NCBI GenBank assembly: GCA_044224515.1
Contig: JBGAKH010000011.1
Location: forward strand, 14,960 to 78,959
Direction: 5' to 3'
DNA from: Chlorobiota bacterium
GTDB taxonomy: Bacteria; Bacteroidota; Ignavibacteria; Kapaibacteriales; NICIL-2
Length of the DNA: 64,000 bases
This document shows positions 40,306 through 49,730 of the stretch, in pieces. The position numbers were made by a program, and so were the translations under genes. The notes beneath the pieces are model-generated. The model had not been told where the DNA came from. It ran no database searches and saw only the letters and a program-made list of their open reading frames with translations. How positions within the stretch are numbered: position 1 is the first letter of the stretch; each line of letters starts with the position of its first letter.

Positions 40306-40779
40306 ATGCCAATCATCACGATTGAACACAAGCTGACAGATGAGGAGATCAACGAGCGCGCTAAAGAACTCGCAGAACAAGTCATCGAACGCGCTTCGTT
40401 GCTAGCATCAAAAGCAGACGCGGTGCGCGAGTACAACAACGACATTAAGGTCGTTGACAAAGCAATCAACCATCTTTCACGCGCGATCGAGTCCGGGCAT
40501 GAGGACAAGAACGTTGACTGCATTATCGAGAAGGATTTCGAGACAAAGGAGATCCGCTATCTCGATTCGATAACGAATGAAGTTGTAAAGGTTGTGCCTC
40601 TATCGCCGGCTGACCAGCAACTCTCGATGCAGGAAGACATTGAGAACGCTGAGAATCCAGAAGCAGACATCGACGAAATGGAGGCAGGTGCTGATGAAGA
40701 CGCAAGCGAGAGTGATGACGACCTCGCGGCAGAGCCCAGCGACGAATTCAGTGCTGCTACTGCTGCTGTTGGCCTTTAA
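40306..40779 (+). CDS. Highly acidic phage protein
   Basis: 157 aa. The C-terminal 45 aa are >50% Asp/Glu (ENAENPEADIDEMEAGADEDASESDDDLAAEPSDEF). Confidence 0.4.
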   Translation: MPIITIEHKLTDEEINERAKELAEQVIERASLLASKADAVREYNNDIKVVDKAINHLSRAIESGHEDKNVDCIIEKDFETKEIRYLDSITNEVVKVVPLSPADQQLSMQEDIENAENPEADIDEMEAGADEDASESDDDLAAEPSDEFSAATAAVGL

Positions 40780-40819
40780 TCTCTTCCTCATGCATCAAAA
40801 GGTCAGCAGCACACCAAAA

Positions 40820-40858
40820 GGGCCGGCAATCCCCCCGGAACAATCCGGCCCTGTTTTA
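40820..40858 (+). terminator. Rho-independent terminator
   Basis: GGGCCGG...CCGGCCC stem followed by TGTTTT. Confidence 0.5.
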
Positions 40859-41161
40859 ATCACGAACAAATTCTGAAAATGGAATACACTGAATCAAACA
40901 TCCTTCGGCACCTCTCGCGCTTCGGCATTCATGCAAGCGGTAGGTTGATCGAGGTGAAGAAAGGAACAGTGGGTAACGGGCTGCTTGGTAAGCTGGACTA
41001 TCTGGCAAGCAAGCACGGCTATCATATCCACTTCGTTTAAGCTTTAAGGGTTCCACACATGACCACACGTGCGTGTTGCGAGCCGGCGTATGTAAAGAGT
41101 CGTCGTAAAGAGATAGCACGCACACATTGAAGCCAGACGCTCGCTGTGAGGCTTCACAAAG

Positions 41162-41247
41162 TGCCACATAGCTCAAATACACACACAGGAAGAGCAGCAC
41201 AATCCTACATATGCATGGATGCAGGTTCGAATCCTGCTGTGGCACCA
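41162..41247 (+). other. tRNA-like element (perfect T-arm + 7-bp acceptor stem + CA), non-canonical D/anticodon region
   Basis: GCAGG-TTCGAAT-CCTGC T-arm, then TGTGGCA pairing perfectly with TGCCACA 76 nt upstream, then C-CA. The internal region does not fold into canonical D or anticodon arms. Confidence 0.3.
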
Positions 41248-41648
41248 ACACAATTAATGATACCAGTATGAACACAGTGAACATGGACGTAATGGAGAAG
41301 GAGTCGAGAGCCTTCCTTCTTGAGCGAGAGCGAGACGTGCTCTGGCTGCTAGTGAACTTCGGCGAGCGAGTCACCACACCACTGCTCGAGGAGATCAGCG
41401 CGCTGAATGAGAAGCTCAAGGCTCAGAAGGAAATCGAAAGCGCCATGATACTAACGATGTGCGAGCTCGAGGAGCGCAAAATGGAACTTGAGCTTGAGAA
41501 TGCAGCGCTCAAGGAGCATGCACAAAACGGCAAAAGCTGGCTCGATGCATGGAGAGAAGCTGAAGGAAGAGCGGAAGTGTTCAAGCGGTTCTACGAGGCA
41601 CCAGTAACAACTTTTGGAGAGATACATGAGACCCATGAAAAAGTATAA
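41211..41648 (+). CDS. Hypothetical coiled-coil protein
   Basis: 145-aa ORF with a heptad-like EL/KL-rich segment. The true start is probably downstream of the tRNA-like element. Confidence 0.3.
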   Translation: MHGCRFESCCGTNTINDTSMNTVNMDVMEKESRAFLLERERDVLWLLVNFGERVTTPLLEEISALNEKLKAQKEIESAMILTMCELEERKMELELENAALKEHAQNGKSWLDAWREAEGRAEVFKRFYEAPVTTFGEIHETHEKV

Positions 41649-41762
41649 GATAAGCCTTCGCAACGTTGATGGCAACCTGTTCGTGATCTATCGTTACTTC
41701 ACGAGCGAAGCTGAGGCAAGCAAACTGTTTACAGATGCAATCGAGATTGAGGAGGTTCTGGG

Positions 41763-42008
41763 ATGAAAACCATTTTTCTAATCCTGCTTGTGATGCTTAT
41801 CGGTTGCAATGAGACAGGCAATGAAGGCGCTAAAGCTGTTGACTATGGTAACCAGCACGACGAGCACATGTTCGTTCAAACGCTCGACAGCTGCGAATAT
41901 GTGACGTGGAGGGAGTCGGGTGCTCGCGAAGTAGGTGTATCGATCTGCCACAAAGGCAACTGCCGCTACTGCGCCTCTCGCGCAAAGAAAGTGGTGGTGG
42001 TCAAATGA
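41763..42008 (+). CDS. Small lipoprotein
   Basis: MKTIFLILLVMLIGCNE is a lipoprotein signal with lipobox LIGC; 81 aa. Confidence 0.4.
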   Translation: MKTIFLILLVMLIGCNETGNEGAKAVDYGNQHDEHMFVQTLDSCEYVTWRESGAREVGVSICHKGNCRYCASRAKKVVVVK

Positions 42009-42259
42009 AATCAATACCATTTGAATTGCCCACAGAAGTCCTCTCCAAAGGAAGCTTCGTTCGCTGGGAGACCAAGCGAGTGCTGGCCGCCAGAGAAACG
42101 AAGTATGGCAGGTTTGAACACTTTGTGAATCATCCGCTTACGTGGACCGGACCAACAATGGTGATGGTTCACGTAGCCGGCAGAACACGTCTTCTCAAAA
42201 TTGAAGCATCACGTTTAGAAATTATCACAAAACAGGAGTATGAATATGGCATCGCATGA
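42006..42259 (+). CDS. Hypothetical small protein
   Basis: MKSIPFELPTE...; ATGA-coupled to the preceding gene; 84 aa. Confidence 0.3.
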
Positions 42260-42977
42260 CATGGTCATCTTTGACTTAGAGACAACAGGCACCGACACGA
42301 ACAACGACCGCATCATCTCATTTGCAGCGCGCAAGTGGGTGAGTGACGAGAAATTTGAGTTGGAGTTTAAATGCAATCCCGGTATCCCGATCCCGGAAGG
42401 GGCAACGGCAGTGCACGGTATATCAAACGAAGATGTAGCAGGCCTGCCATCATTCATGCACTACAGCGCGCTCGTGATGGACTTCATTGAAGGTCTGCCA
42501 CTTGCCGGTTACAACATCGCATCGTTCGACGTGCCTATGCTTGACGCTGAACTGCGCCGCTGCGGGCTACCTGGACTGCCAACGAATGTCAAGATCATCG
42601 ACGCATTGCTTCTCTGGCGCGCAAAAGAGACGCGCACACTCTCTGATGCCTTCCGTCACTTCTGCGATCTAGAGCACGCGGAGGCACATGATGCAATGGC
42701 TGACGTTGAGGTGTGTGATGCGATCCTTGAGAAGATGTGTTTGAAGTACGGTATCACTGAGGCTGAAGTCCCGTCGATCACCGGAACAGACCAGCGCCTT
42801 GACTTCAGCGGATCGTTTGTGACGAATGATGCAGGAGAGGTCGTATTTAGCTTCGGCAAGCACAAAGGCAAGGTTGCATCATCGGAGCACGGTTATCTCA
42901 AATGGATGCTCTCAAGCGATTTCAGCGCCAGCACTAAGCAGGTTGCAACGATGATCTTGAATGGGGAGCTGCAGTAA
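42240..42977 (+). CDS. DnaQ-like 3'-5' exonuclease (DEDDh family)
   Basis: Exo I VIFDLETTG, Exo II YNIASFDVPML, Exo III HDAMADVEV. Confidence 0.8.
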   Translation: MNMASHDMVIFDLETTGTDTNNDRIISFAARKWVSDEKFELEFKCNPGIPIPEGATAVHGISNEDVAGLPSFMHYSALVMDFIEGLPLAGYNIASFDVPMLDAELRRCGLPGLPTNVKIIDALLLWRAKETRTLSDAFRHFCDLEHAEAHDAMADVEVCDAILEKMCLKYGITEAEVPSITGTDQRLDFSGSFVTNDAGEVVFSFGKHKGKVASSEHGYLKWMLSSDFSASTKQVATMILNGELQ

Positions 42978-43195
42978 TGACACACATTGAACTCATAATT
43001 GAAAAACTACTGGACGGCGCTTACGCCACTGGCCCGGGAAGTGTTCGCGAGACTGCCAAGCGTGTTGCGCTTGAAGCGTGTGCTAAGCAGCGCGATCTCT
43101 GTGCTGAGGCATTTAAAACACGGGATATCATGGATCATGTCGTCGACGAGGTGCGCTTTGCTGGATTAGAGATCGTAGAGAAGGCTGGATCATGA
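42977..43195 (+). CDS. Hypothetical small phage protein
   Basis: 72-aa ORF, start overlapping the previous stop. Confidence 0.3.
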   Translation: MTHIELIIEKLLDGAYATGPGSVRETAKRVALEACAKQRDLCAEAFKTRDIMDHVVDEVRFAGLEIVEKAGS

Positions 43196-43395
43196 GCAAG
43201 ACACCTGATGAACTCATTAAATGCGCGGAGCGTGAGATCGCAATGCGCAAACGAGTATACGCGCTGCATGTCGGATCCGGACGGATGAAGCAGGAAACAG
43301 CAGATCATGAGATCGAGTGCATGCAGGAGATTCTGCAAATAGTTATCGGGCATAAGGACAGGCTGGTCCCTATGCTTTTTGAATCAGCAAGCTAG
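43192..43395 (+). CDS. Hypothetical small phage protein
   Basis: 67-aa ORF, ATGA-coupled. Confidence 0.3.
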   Translation: MSKTPDELIKCAEREIAMRKRVYALHVGSGRMKQETADHEIECMQEILQIVIGHKDRLVPMLFESAS

Positions 43396-43441
43396 AGGGG
43401 CACTACAGGCCCACATTATTCATTCATTTAAAGGAGTAGTT

Positions 43442-44119
43442 ATGTCAGAAGGTTTTTCAACCGAAACTGGTGGGAATTATGTGCGCGTCACGCGTGGCTT
43501 GTTCTTGCTCAAGGATCAGCATGGAGACTTTGAGCTCATCGCAGACGATGGCACTAAGACCATGTTCAAATCCAATAATACATTCCGTGGCTCGCTGGTT
43601 GGTATCGATACCAAAGAAGGCAAGCACGGATGGCAGTGGATCTTCAAGCTCCGCGCCGGCATGTCTGTTTATCTCTTTGCTTTCACCAAAGGCTCGCTCA
43701 CCGCTCAAGGCTTCTTGAACGCACTGGCAAACCTTGGAGATTATCAGAACCTGACGCTGAAGTCTTGGTCCAAGGATGGGGCCAAAACCTCCATGACGTC
43801 GATCTATGTCTACAAAGGCAACGAGCAGGCAGAGTGGAAGTGGAAGATAGACGAGCTGCCACCGGTGCCGGACTTGATCGATAGTAAAGGACGTCCGGTT
43901 ATGGGTAAACACGGCAAACCTCAGAAGGATGATGAGGAACGCGTGAAGTTCTTTGATATCGTCATCGCTCAAATCAACAAGCGCCTCGGCTATACGCCGG
44001 GTGTCAATGAGGACACGGGTGAGATTTCCGATGAAGGATTTGTCCAGGAGCTCGAGTCGGCAGGTGCTGAGCAGTCAGAGGCAAAGGTCGCTAAGGCGAC
44101 AGCTGACGTCAACTTCTAA
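43442..44119 (+). CDS. Putative ssDNA-binding/annealing protein
   Basis: RBS AAAGGAG precedes ATG 43442. Acidic C-terminal tail ending ...ATADVNF resembles SSB tails. Sits directly upstream of the primase gene. Confidence 0.3.
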   Translation: MSEGFSTETGGNYVRVTRGLFLLKDQHGDFELIADDGTKTMFKSNNTFRGSLVGIDTKEGKHGWQWIFKLRAGMSVYLFAFTKGSLTAQGFLNALANLGDYQNLTLKSWSKDGAKTSMTSIYVYKGNEQAEWKWKIDELPPVPDLIDSKGRPVMGKHGKPQKDDEERVKFFDIVIAQINKRLGYTPGVNEDTGEISDEGFVQELESAGAEQSEAKVAKATADVNF

Positions 44120-44260
44120 AATGGAAGGCCAAGCAGAGGATCGAATGTCAGAGCCCAAGAAACTCAAAACGGCATTCGGCCTCTGCCCTTGGTGATCTTC
44201 CTGTACTCTGGATAGCCCAACTATGAAACTGAACTACGAATACATGTCAAAAGTAACACT

Positions 44261-46759
44261 ATGCAGCCAAGCAATCCACTTACCGAGCAGGCACTGAGGC
44301 TTCGAAGTCTGGGCTTGTCGGTGATCGCAACAACCAGCGAGAAGCGTGCGCTTCGGCCATGGAAGAAATATCAGTCAGAGATTATCTCAGAGGAAGAGTT
44401 GCGCGCGCAGCTTGAGGATCCAAACGCAGCTTCAATTGCTATTGTCGCTGGCGCAGTCAGTGGGAACCTCGAGTTTATCGATATCGATGAAAAGTATAAC
44501 GCAAGCGAGGCATCGCTCATAGAGCGCTGGCGTGACCTTGTAAAGTCAGAAGCACCTGAAGTCCTATCAAAACTTCTAGTCCAAAGTACGCCTTCCGGTG
44601 GATTTCATATTATCTACAGAAGTCTGCTCCCAGTCTCATCCAATAAGAAGCTCGCGCGCCGGTCTGCAACAGAAGAAGAAACAGCCTCTAACGGCTCTAA
44701 AGTAATGGTACTCATTGAGACAAGAGGCGAAGGCGGATACGCTCTCGTTGAGCCGAGTGATGGTTATTCGTTGCGCCTTGGCGCGTGGGACCGTCTGTCA
44801 GTGCTGAGTCAAGAGGAGCGAAGTGTACTTATAAAGTGCGCAGCAGCACTCAACGAGTATGAGGACGACACGGTCGTTCGAGGAGAAACTAGCTCTTCAA
44901 AAGCGATCGAGTCCATGGGCATCAAGCCAGGCGAAGATTTCAATCAGCACGGAGACCACTCATCGGTGCTGCGTGACCTTGGATGGAAGTTCCACCGAAA
45001 TGGCGGAGAGTTGGAGTTTTGGACACGACCCGGCAAAGACAAAGGTGTAAGTGCATCATGGAACAAACGCACTAGGCACTTCGCCGTCTTCTCGAGTTCG
45101 ACAGAGTTCGAGTCTGTGCTTGACAACCGAACAACCTACTCGCTATTTGGTATCCTGGCACGAGCAAAATTCAACAACGACTTTCAAGCATGTGCTAAAG
45201 ATCTCTACCGGCAAGGCTACGGCAAGAAGTCCGAGCGACTCTCACGCCGCTCTGTGAACGTCGATGGGGAAGTTGTCACCGAGGACTTCCCGAAGTTCTG
45301 GGTTGAGGACGCAGACAAACGAACAGGTGAAATTGAGCTTAAGATCAGCCGTTTTCATCTCATGTGCTTTCTCGAGTCAAACGGCTTCGGCAAGTTCTGG
45401 GCAGGGAAGTCCTACCAGCTGATTCGCGTTCTCGACAACGTTGTAAGCGAAGTGACGGCAGTCTCGATAAAGGATTATTGCCGTGACTACATCAACCAGA
45501 TCCCAGATGAGCTTGTCAGCGCCGTGACTAAAGAATTGCTGCTTGCTAAACTCTACGCCGGTGCATCTCAGTTCTTTGGAGAGGCGTTCCTGGACTTCAT
45601 CAAGGCACCTGAGCTCTGCTTCCTGCGTGATACAGCAGACGCCGGATACTTCTTCTACAAGAACTGCTATGTGAAAGTCACTGCCGGCGGACACGAAGTG
45701 CTGGCATACGATAAGATGGCTGGAGTCATTTGGGAGAAGCAGCGCATCTCAAGATCCTACGTAGACCCGACCGACGATGAAACGCCGGAAATCGAAACGT
45801 TTACGCATAGGATCTGTTCCACAGCACCACCAGGAGAGGATGGAGCGGATGTAGAAGTAAATGAAGAGAAACTCGCATCCCTCTACTCAGCGATCGGATA
45901 CCTGCTCCACCGCTTTAAGGATCGCACACTTACCAAAGCCATTGTCCTTTGTGATGAGAAGATCAGCGATAAGCCATCCGGCCGAACCGGCAAAGGAATG
46001 ATTTGCACTGTTCTGAACTACTTCCGCAATACCCTGCGCATCGATGCGCGCAACTTCAACTTCGATAAAAGCTTCATGTTCCAGTCCGTTTCATTCGACA
46101 CCGACATCGTCGAATTCAACGACTGCGTACGCGAGTTCCCATTCGAACGCTTGTTCGGCATCCTCACTGAGGATATGACAATTGAGAAAAAGAACCGCGA
46201 TGAGTTCGTGCTAACCTTTGCCGAATCGCCAAAGTTCGTTCTCTCGACCAATTACACGATCCTAGGAGACGGCCCATCGTTTCGCGGCCGCGTCCTCGAG
46301 ATTGAGCTCTCGGACTTCTACAGTGACAGCTTCACACCAATTCAAGACTTCGGGCACCGACTTTTTGATGATTGGGACCAGGACGAATGGTCCCGATTCG
46401 ATCGGTGGGCTATGCGCTGCCTGCAGCTCTTCCTTCGCCACAAGCTGATCGAGTACGTTCCCAAAAACCTCTACAAGAAGAAGATCATCCAGGCCACTTG
46501 CCTGGACTTTGTCACCTTCGCCGACGAGTCCTGGAAGACAGGAGAGGAGTATGACAAGAAGGTAGAGTTCGAGAAGTACTGCGATCTGTTTAACGACAAG
46601 AAGCTGGGGCAGAGGACTTTTACCAAGTGGATAAGGGAGTATACCACGTTTATAAAGACGTCGCTATACGAGCGCAGATCACATGGGAAATCGCTCTTTC
46701 AATTCGTAGGCGCAGGTAATGATCCGGTCGTCGATGACGTTGAAGAAAAGTTGTTTTGA
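44261..46759 (+). CDS. Phage/plasmid DNA primase: N-terminal bifunctional Prim-Pol domain plus P4/D5-type C-terminal NTPase domain
   Basis: LEFIDIDEK (DxD) and SGGFHIIYRS (catalytic His) in the N-terminal 200 aa. Walker-A-like DKPSGRTGKGM near residue 560. 832 aa. Confidence 0.65.
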   Translation: MQPSNPLTEQALRLRSLGLSVIATTSEKRALRPWKKYQSEIISEEELRAQLEDPNAASIAIVAGAVSGNLEFIDIDEKYNASEASLIERWRDLVKSEAPEVLSKLLVQSTPSGGFHIIYRSLLPVSSNKKLARRSATEEETASNGSKVMVLIETRGEGGYALVEPSDGYSLRLGAWDRLSVLSQEERSVLIKCAAALNEYEDDTVVRGETSSSKAIESMGIKPGEDFNQHGDHSSVLRDLGWKFHRNGGELEFWTRPGKDKGVSASWNKRTRHFAVFSSSTEFESVLDNRTTYSLFGILARAKFNNDFQACAKDLYRQGYGKKSERLSRRSVNVDGEVVTEDFPKFWVEDADKRTGEIELKISRFHLMCFLESNGFGKFWAGKSYQLIRVLDNVVSEVTAVSIKDYCRDYINQIPDELVSAVTKELLLAKLYAGASQFFGEAFLDFIKAPELCFLRDTADAGYFFYKNCYVKVTAGGHEVLAYDKMAGVIWEKQRISRSYVDPTDDETPEIETFTHRICSTAPPGEDGADVEVNEEKLASLYSAIGYLLHRFKDRTLTKAIVLCDEKISDKPSGRTGKGMICTVLNYFRNTLRIDARNFNFDKSFMFQSVSFDTDIVEFNDCVREFPFERLFGILTEDMTIEKKNRDEFVLTFAESPKFVLSTNYTILGDGPSFRGRVLEIELSDFYSDSFTPIQDFGHRLFDDWDQDEWSRFDRWAMRCLQLFLRHKLIEYVPKNLYKKKIIQATCLDFVTFADESWKTGEEYDKKVEFEKYCDLFNDKKLGQRTFTKWIREYTTFIKTSLYERRSHGKSLFQFVGAGNDPVVDDVEEKLF

Positions 46760-47108
46760 CGGTGCATAGAGTGGTGCATAGGGCTTTCACTTATGCCCCC
46801 ATTCATCACCTTATGTACCGTAGCAGCTAATAAAGCGACACTACTAACGGGAAATGATAAACTTTATGCACTTCTGCACCGTACGCGGTGCACATTAAAA
46901 AACACTATGCACCGGCAATGCACCGCTTTACGCACCCTGTTTTCCCTCTAATTCTTCTTTATTCTCCTTTTGGTACATAAGTACATAATAATAAGTAATG
47001 AAGAGGAGTAGTAAGAAAGTAGGGATAAAGGGGGCAGAGACAGTAGAGATATAGTAGAAATACACACTACAGGAGCACATAGGGAATTTTTACGCACCTA
47101 GTGCACCA
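46760..47108. repeat. Candidate phage replication origin: >=9 GGTGCAT/ATGCACC iterons flanking an AT-rich unwinding element
   Basis: ggtgcatagagtggtgcatag, ttatgcacttctgcaccg, cggtgcacatt, ctatgcaccggcaatgcaccgc, ttacgcaccc, ttttacgcacctagtgcaccaatg. An AT-rich 80-bp stretch lies at 46950-47030. The region is non-coding, between primase and helicase. Confidence 0.5.
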
Positions 47109-47483
47109 ATGACGAAAATGACTACTCTCAATGATCTGGGTTTTAAAGCCCCTAAAAAATCAACACCGAGACAAGAGCCGATGGCTGCAGTGTCAACGCC
47201 AAGTGATGCGCAGCCCGCTGCGGAGACTCGAAAGTCGAATTCGGTTTCCACCGAGCGGGTCGCAAAAGCAACCACACCTGAGCTGGCAGCACCACGTTTT
47301 TTGTCAAGCGATGAGAAGCTTCGCTTCGCAAAGACTCGGCACTGCCCGCCTCATGTGGCAGCCCAGCCGGACGAATGGGAAGTGCTCTGGGAAGGTGGCT
47401 CGACATTCCTTTTCGCGCGCTCATGGGAAAGCCATGACGCAATTATCAACAGACTGAATTTGATGGGGCACGCGGATGCTTAG
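47109..47483 (+). CDS. Hypothetical phage protein
   Basis: 124-aa ORF; overlaps the helicase start by 8 nt. Confidence 0.35.
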   Translation: MTKMTTLNDLGFKAPKKSTPRQEPMAAVSTPSDAQPAAETRKSNSVSTERVAKATTPELAAPRFLSSDEKLRFAKTRHCPPHVAAQPDEWEVLWEGGSTFLFARSWESHDAIINRLNLMGHADA

Positions 47484-48792
47484 AGACTATCAACAAAGAT
47501 TAGCGGAGCAAGGTGCGGTTGTCTTGATGGAGCATGGGCTCGTGTACTACTCCATTGAGATGCGGGTTGGCAAGACGCTCATAGCACTTGCGACCGCTGA
47601 ACTGGCAGGAGCTGCAAGGGTGCTGTTCGTGACAAAGAAGAAGGCTATCGAATCGGTTGAGTTGGACTTTCAGCGCGAGCCGTTCACCTTCACACTGGAT
47701 GTCACTAACTACGAGCAAGTGTCCAAGTTCGGTGGTAAGCAGCACTATGACGTTATTATCGTCGATGAAGCACATGGGCTCGGCGCGTTTCCGAAACCGT
47801 CACTTCGCACCGAGCAGCTCAAGGAACTAGCAAAGCGCTCTCAGATCATTTATCTCTCCGGCACGCCGACACCTGAGACCTACTCACAGATATTCCACCA
47901 GCTGTGGATAAGCCCGTTCTCTCCGTTCGAGCACAAGAACTTTTACAAATGGGCTAAAGAGTACGTTGATATCAGAGAGCGTGTCATCAACGGTTACAAG
48001 ATGAACGACTACACCAAGGCGCGAAAGGACCTCATTGATGAGAAGACCAAACACCTGTTCGTCAGCTATACGCAATCCGAGGCTGGATTCACTGCTGGTG
48101 AGGTTCAGGAGTCGATCCTGCTGGTCCCGATGGATGAGCGGATCTACAAACTCTCCAAGCTGCTTGTCGCCAACAAGTATCACAAGTTCCTCGACGGGTC
48201 AGAGTTAGTGTGCGACTCAGCAGTGAAGCTGCAGAACAAGCTCCATCAGATCTTTTCCGGTACGATCATAACCGAAACCGGAGAGCCAAAGATCCTCGAT
48301 CGCTCAAAGGCGAAGTTCATCAAGCGGTTCTTCGAAGGCAAGAAGATCGCCGTCTTTTACCAATTCCAAGCCGAAGGCACAATGCTCCGAGAGGAACTTG
48401 AGAACATCACCGACTCACCATCTGAGTTCAACGTCTCAACCGATAAGACTTTTCTCTGCCAGATCCAGTCAGGGTCGATGGGTATCAACCTTGCCACAGC
48501 AGACGCACTGGTCTTCATGAATATCAACTTCAGCTTCGTGCAGTACTGGCAAGCTCGCGCAAGAGCTCAAGCACTCGAGCGTGAGGATTCGGCAAAGGTA
48601 TACTGGATCTTCTCCGAGAACGGCATTGAGCAGAAGATCCTTGAGGCAGTCACAAAGAAGAAAAACTACACACTCTCATATTTCAATCGGGACTATGGAA
48701 TCGGGCATTCAAGCACAAATCCTAGACTGGCTCAAAGAGCAGGGCATCTACGCAGAGAAGATGGTCATCGGCAACCGCTCCGGTCTGCCTGA
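47476..48792 (+). CDS. SNF2/DEAH-box superfamily II helicase
   Basis: LRDYQ, Walker A MRVGKTL, IVDEAHGL (DEAH); 438 aa. Confidence 0.7.
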   Translation: MLRDYQQRLAEQGAVVLMEHGLVYYSIEMRVGKTLIALATAELAGAARVLFVTKKKAIESVELDFQREPFTFTLDVTNYEQVSKFGGKQHYDVIIVDEAHGLGAFPKPSLRTEQLKELAKRSQIIYLSGTPTPETYSQIFHQLWISPFSPFEHKNFYKWAKEYVDIRERVINGYKMNDYTKARKDLIDEKTKHLFVSYTQSEAGFTAGEVQESILLVPMDERIYKLSKLLVANKYHKFLDGSELVCDSAVKLQNKLHQIFSGTIITETGEPKILDRSKAKFIKRFFEGKKIAVFYQFQAEGTMLREELENITDSPSEFNVSTDKTFLCQIQSGSMGINLATADALVFMNINFSFVQYWQARARAQALEREDSAKVYWIFSENGIEQKILEAVTKKKNYTLSYFNRDYGIGHSSTNPRLAQRAGHLRREDGHRQPLRSA

Positions 48793-48988
48793 CGTTCGTT
48801 GCTGCGTCGCTGGCCTGTATGTCGCTTTCGAGGTCAAAGTACCTGGTGAACGACCGCGACCACTTCAAGCCTACAACCTGAAGAAAATCCGCGAAAGCGG
48901 GGGGATTGCGGTAACGGTGACATCACTCGAAGAAGCCAAGGTCATCGTTAAATCAGCCCGAATGAAAGCGTCGACAAATAAGCGTTAA
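48692..48988 (+). CDS. VRR-NUC domain nuclease
   Basis: MESGIQAQILDWLKEQG...PDVRCCVAGLYVAFEVKV carries the D...EVK PD-(D/E)XK signature. Overlaps the helicase 3' end by ~100 nt in another frame. Confidence 0.55.
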   Translation, partial: TMESGIQAQILDWLKEQGIYAEKMVIGNRSGLPDVRCCVAGLYVAFEVKVPGERPRPLQAYNLKKIRESGGIAVTVTSLEEAKVIVKSARMKASTNKR

Positions 48989-49064
48989 ATATCTTTTATT
49001 CACTACTACATCACGTAGGCTCCACAAGCCGCCAAGGATTGCCTCACTATTCACGCGAGACGAA

Positions 49065-49352
49065 ATGAACCAGCTACTTGACCTATTAGAACCAGACGAC
49101 CTTCTGCACACGGACCTGGAGACGGTTGTTAACGCCTGCGGGGTGGAGGTTGCAAAGGACCTACTCGAGCATTGTGCCGGCGGTGCGATCTACGTTCCAA
49201 AGCCTGTGAGTATTGACCTCTTGGTGGAGCGCTTCATTCAGGCAAGGATGAATGTTGGGGTGGTCAGTGTGAAGGTGCTTGCCCGGCAGCTTGGATGCTC
49301 TGAGCGGCACGTGCGCCTCTTGCAAACCAGAATACGAGACAGAAGACGGTAG
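49065..49352 (+). CDS. Mor/C-family late transcription activator
   Basis: 95 aa with GGAIYVPKP (the G..IYIP signature of Mu Mor family) and C-terminal HTH LARQLGCSERHVRLL. Confidence 0.5.
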   Translation: MNQLLDLLEPDDLLHTDLETVVNACGVEVAKDLLEHCAGGAIYVPKPVSIDLLVERFIQARMNVGVVSVKVLARQLGCSERHVRLLQTRIRDRRR

Positions 49353-49730
49353 AATCAACTAATTAATCACTTAAAAAAAAGAGAGTCTAGACAAGTAAAA
49401 AATAAACTTGCATTTGAATCAAACTTGTGTATTTTATCTCGGGCTCCACACACCCAAAGAGGACCAGACAAGTAGGAACTAGCATGTCTGGCACTCACTC
49501 GACCCCACGAGTCGAGCTTCTATCTAGTTGAGTAATCTTGGCCGCTGGATAATGCGGTCGTGTTCAACCTATGTGTGGAGGAAGCATGTATAGAGCCTTT
49601 ATCCCACCGTAATAGTACTTATCGATACCTTGTATTAGTTGACTTGCTCTTTTTCTTCTGGGTTAGATGACAAAAGTGTGCTCGATCTTGTGCCAAATGT
49701 AATGCTTCTCACATTAAACAAATAAAAATC

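Noticed and set aside
41162-41247. Canonical, functional tRNA gene
   Set aside because: Only the T-arm and acceptor stem are canonical. The D-loop would be 17 nt without G18G19, and no 5-bp anticodon stem can be formed. It is kept only as a tRNA-like element.
49380-49730. Lysis cassette (holin/endolysin) downstream of Mor
   Set aside because: No ORF with lysozyme, amidase or holin features occurs there. The region has only short AT-rich non-coding sequence followed by secreted cargo genes.
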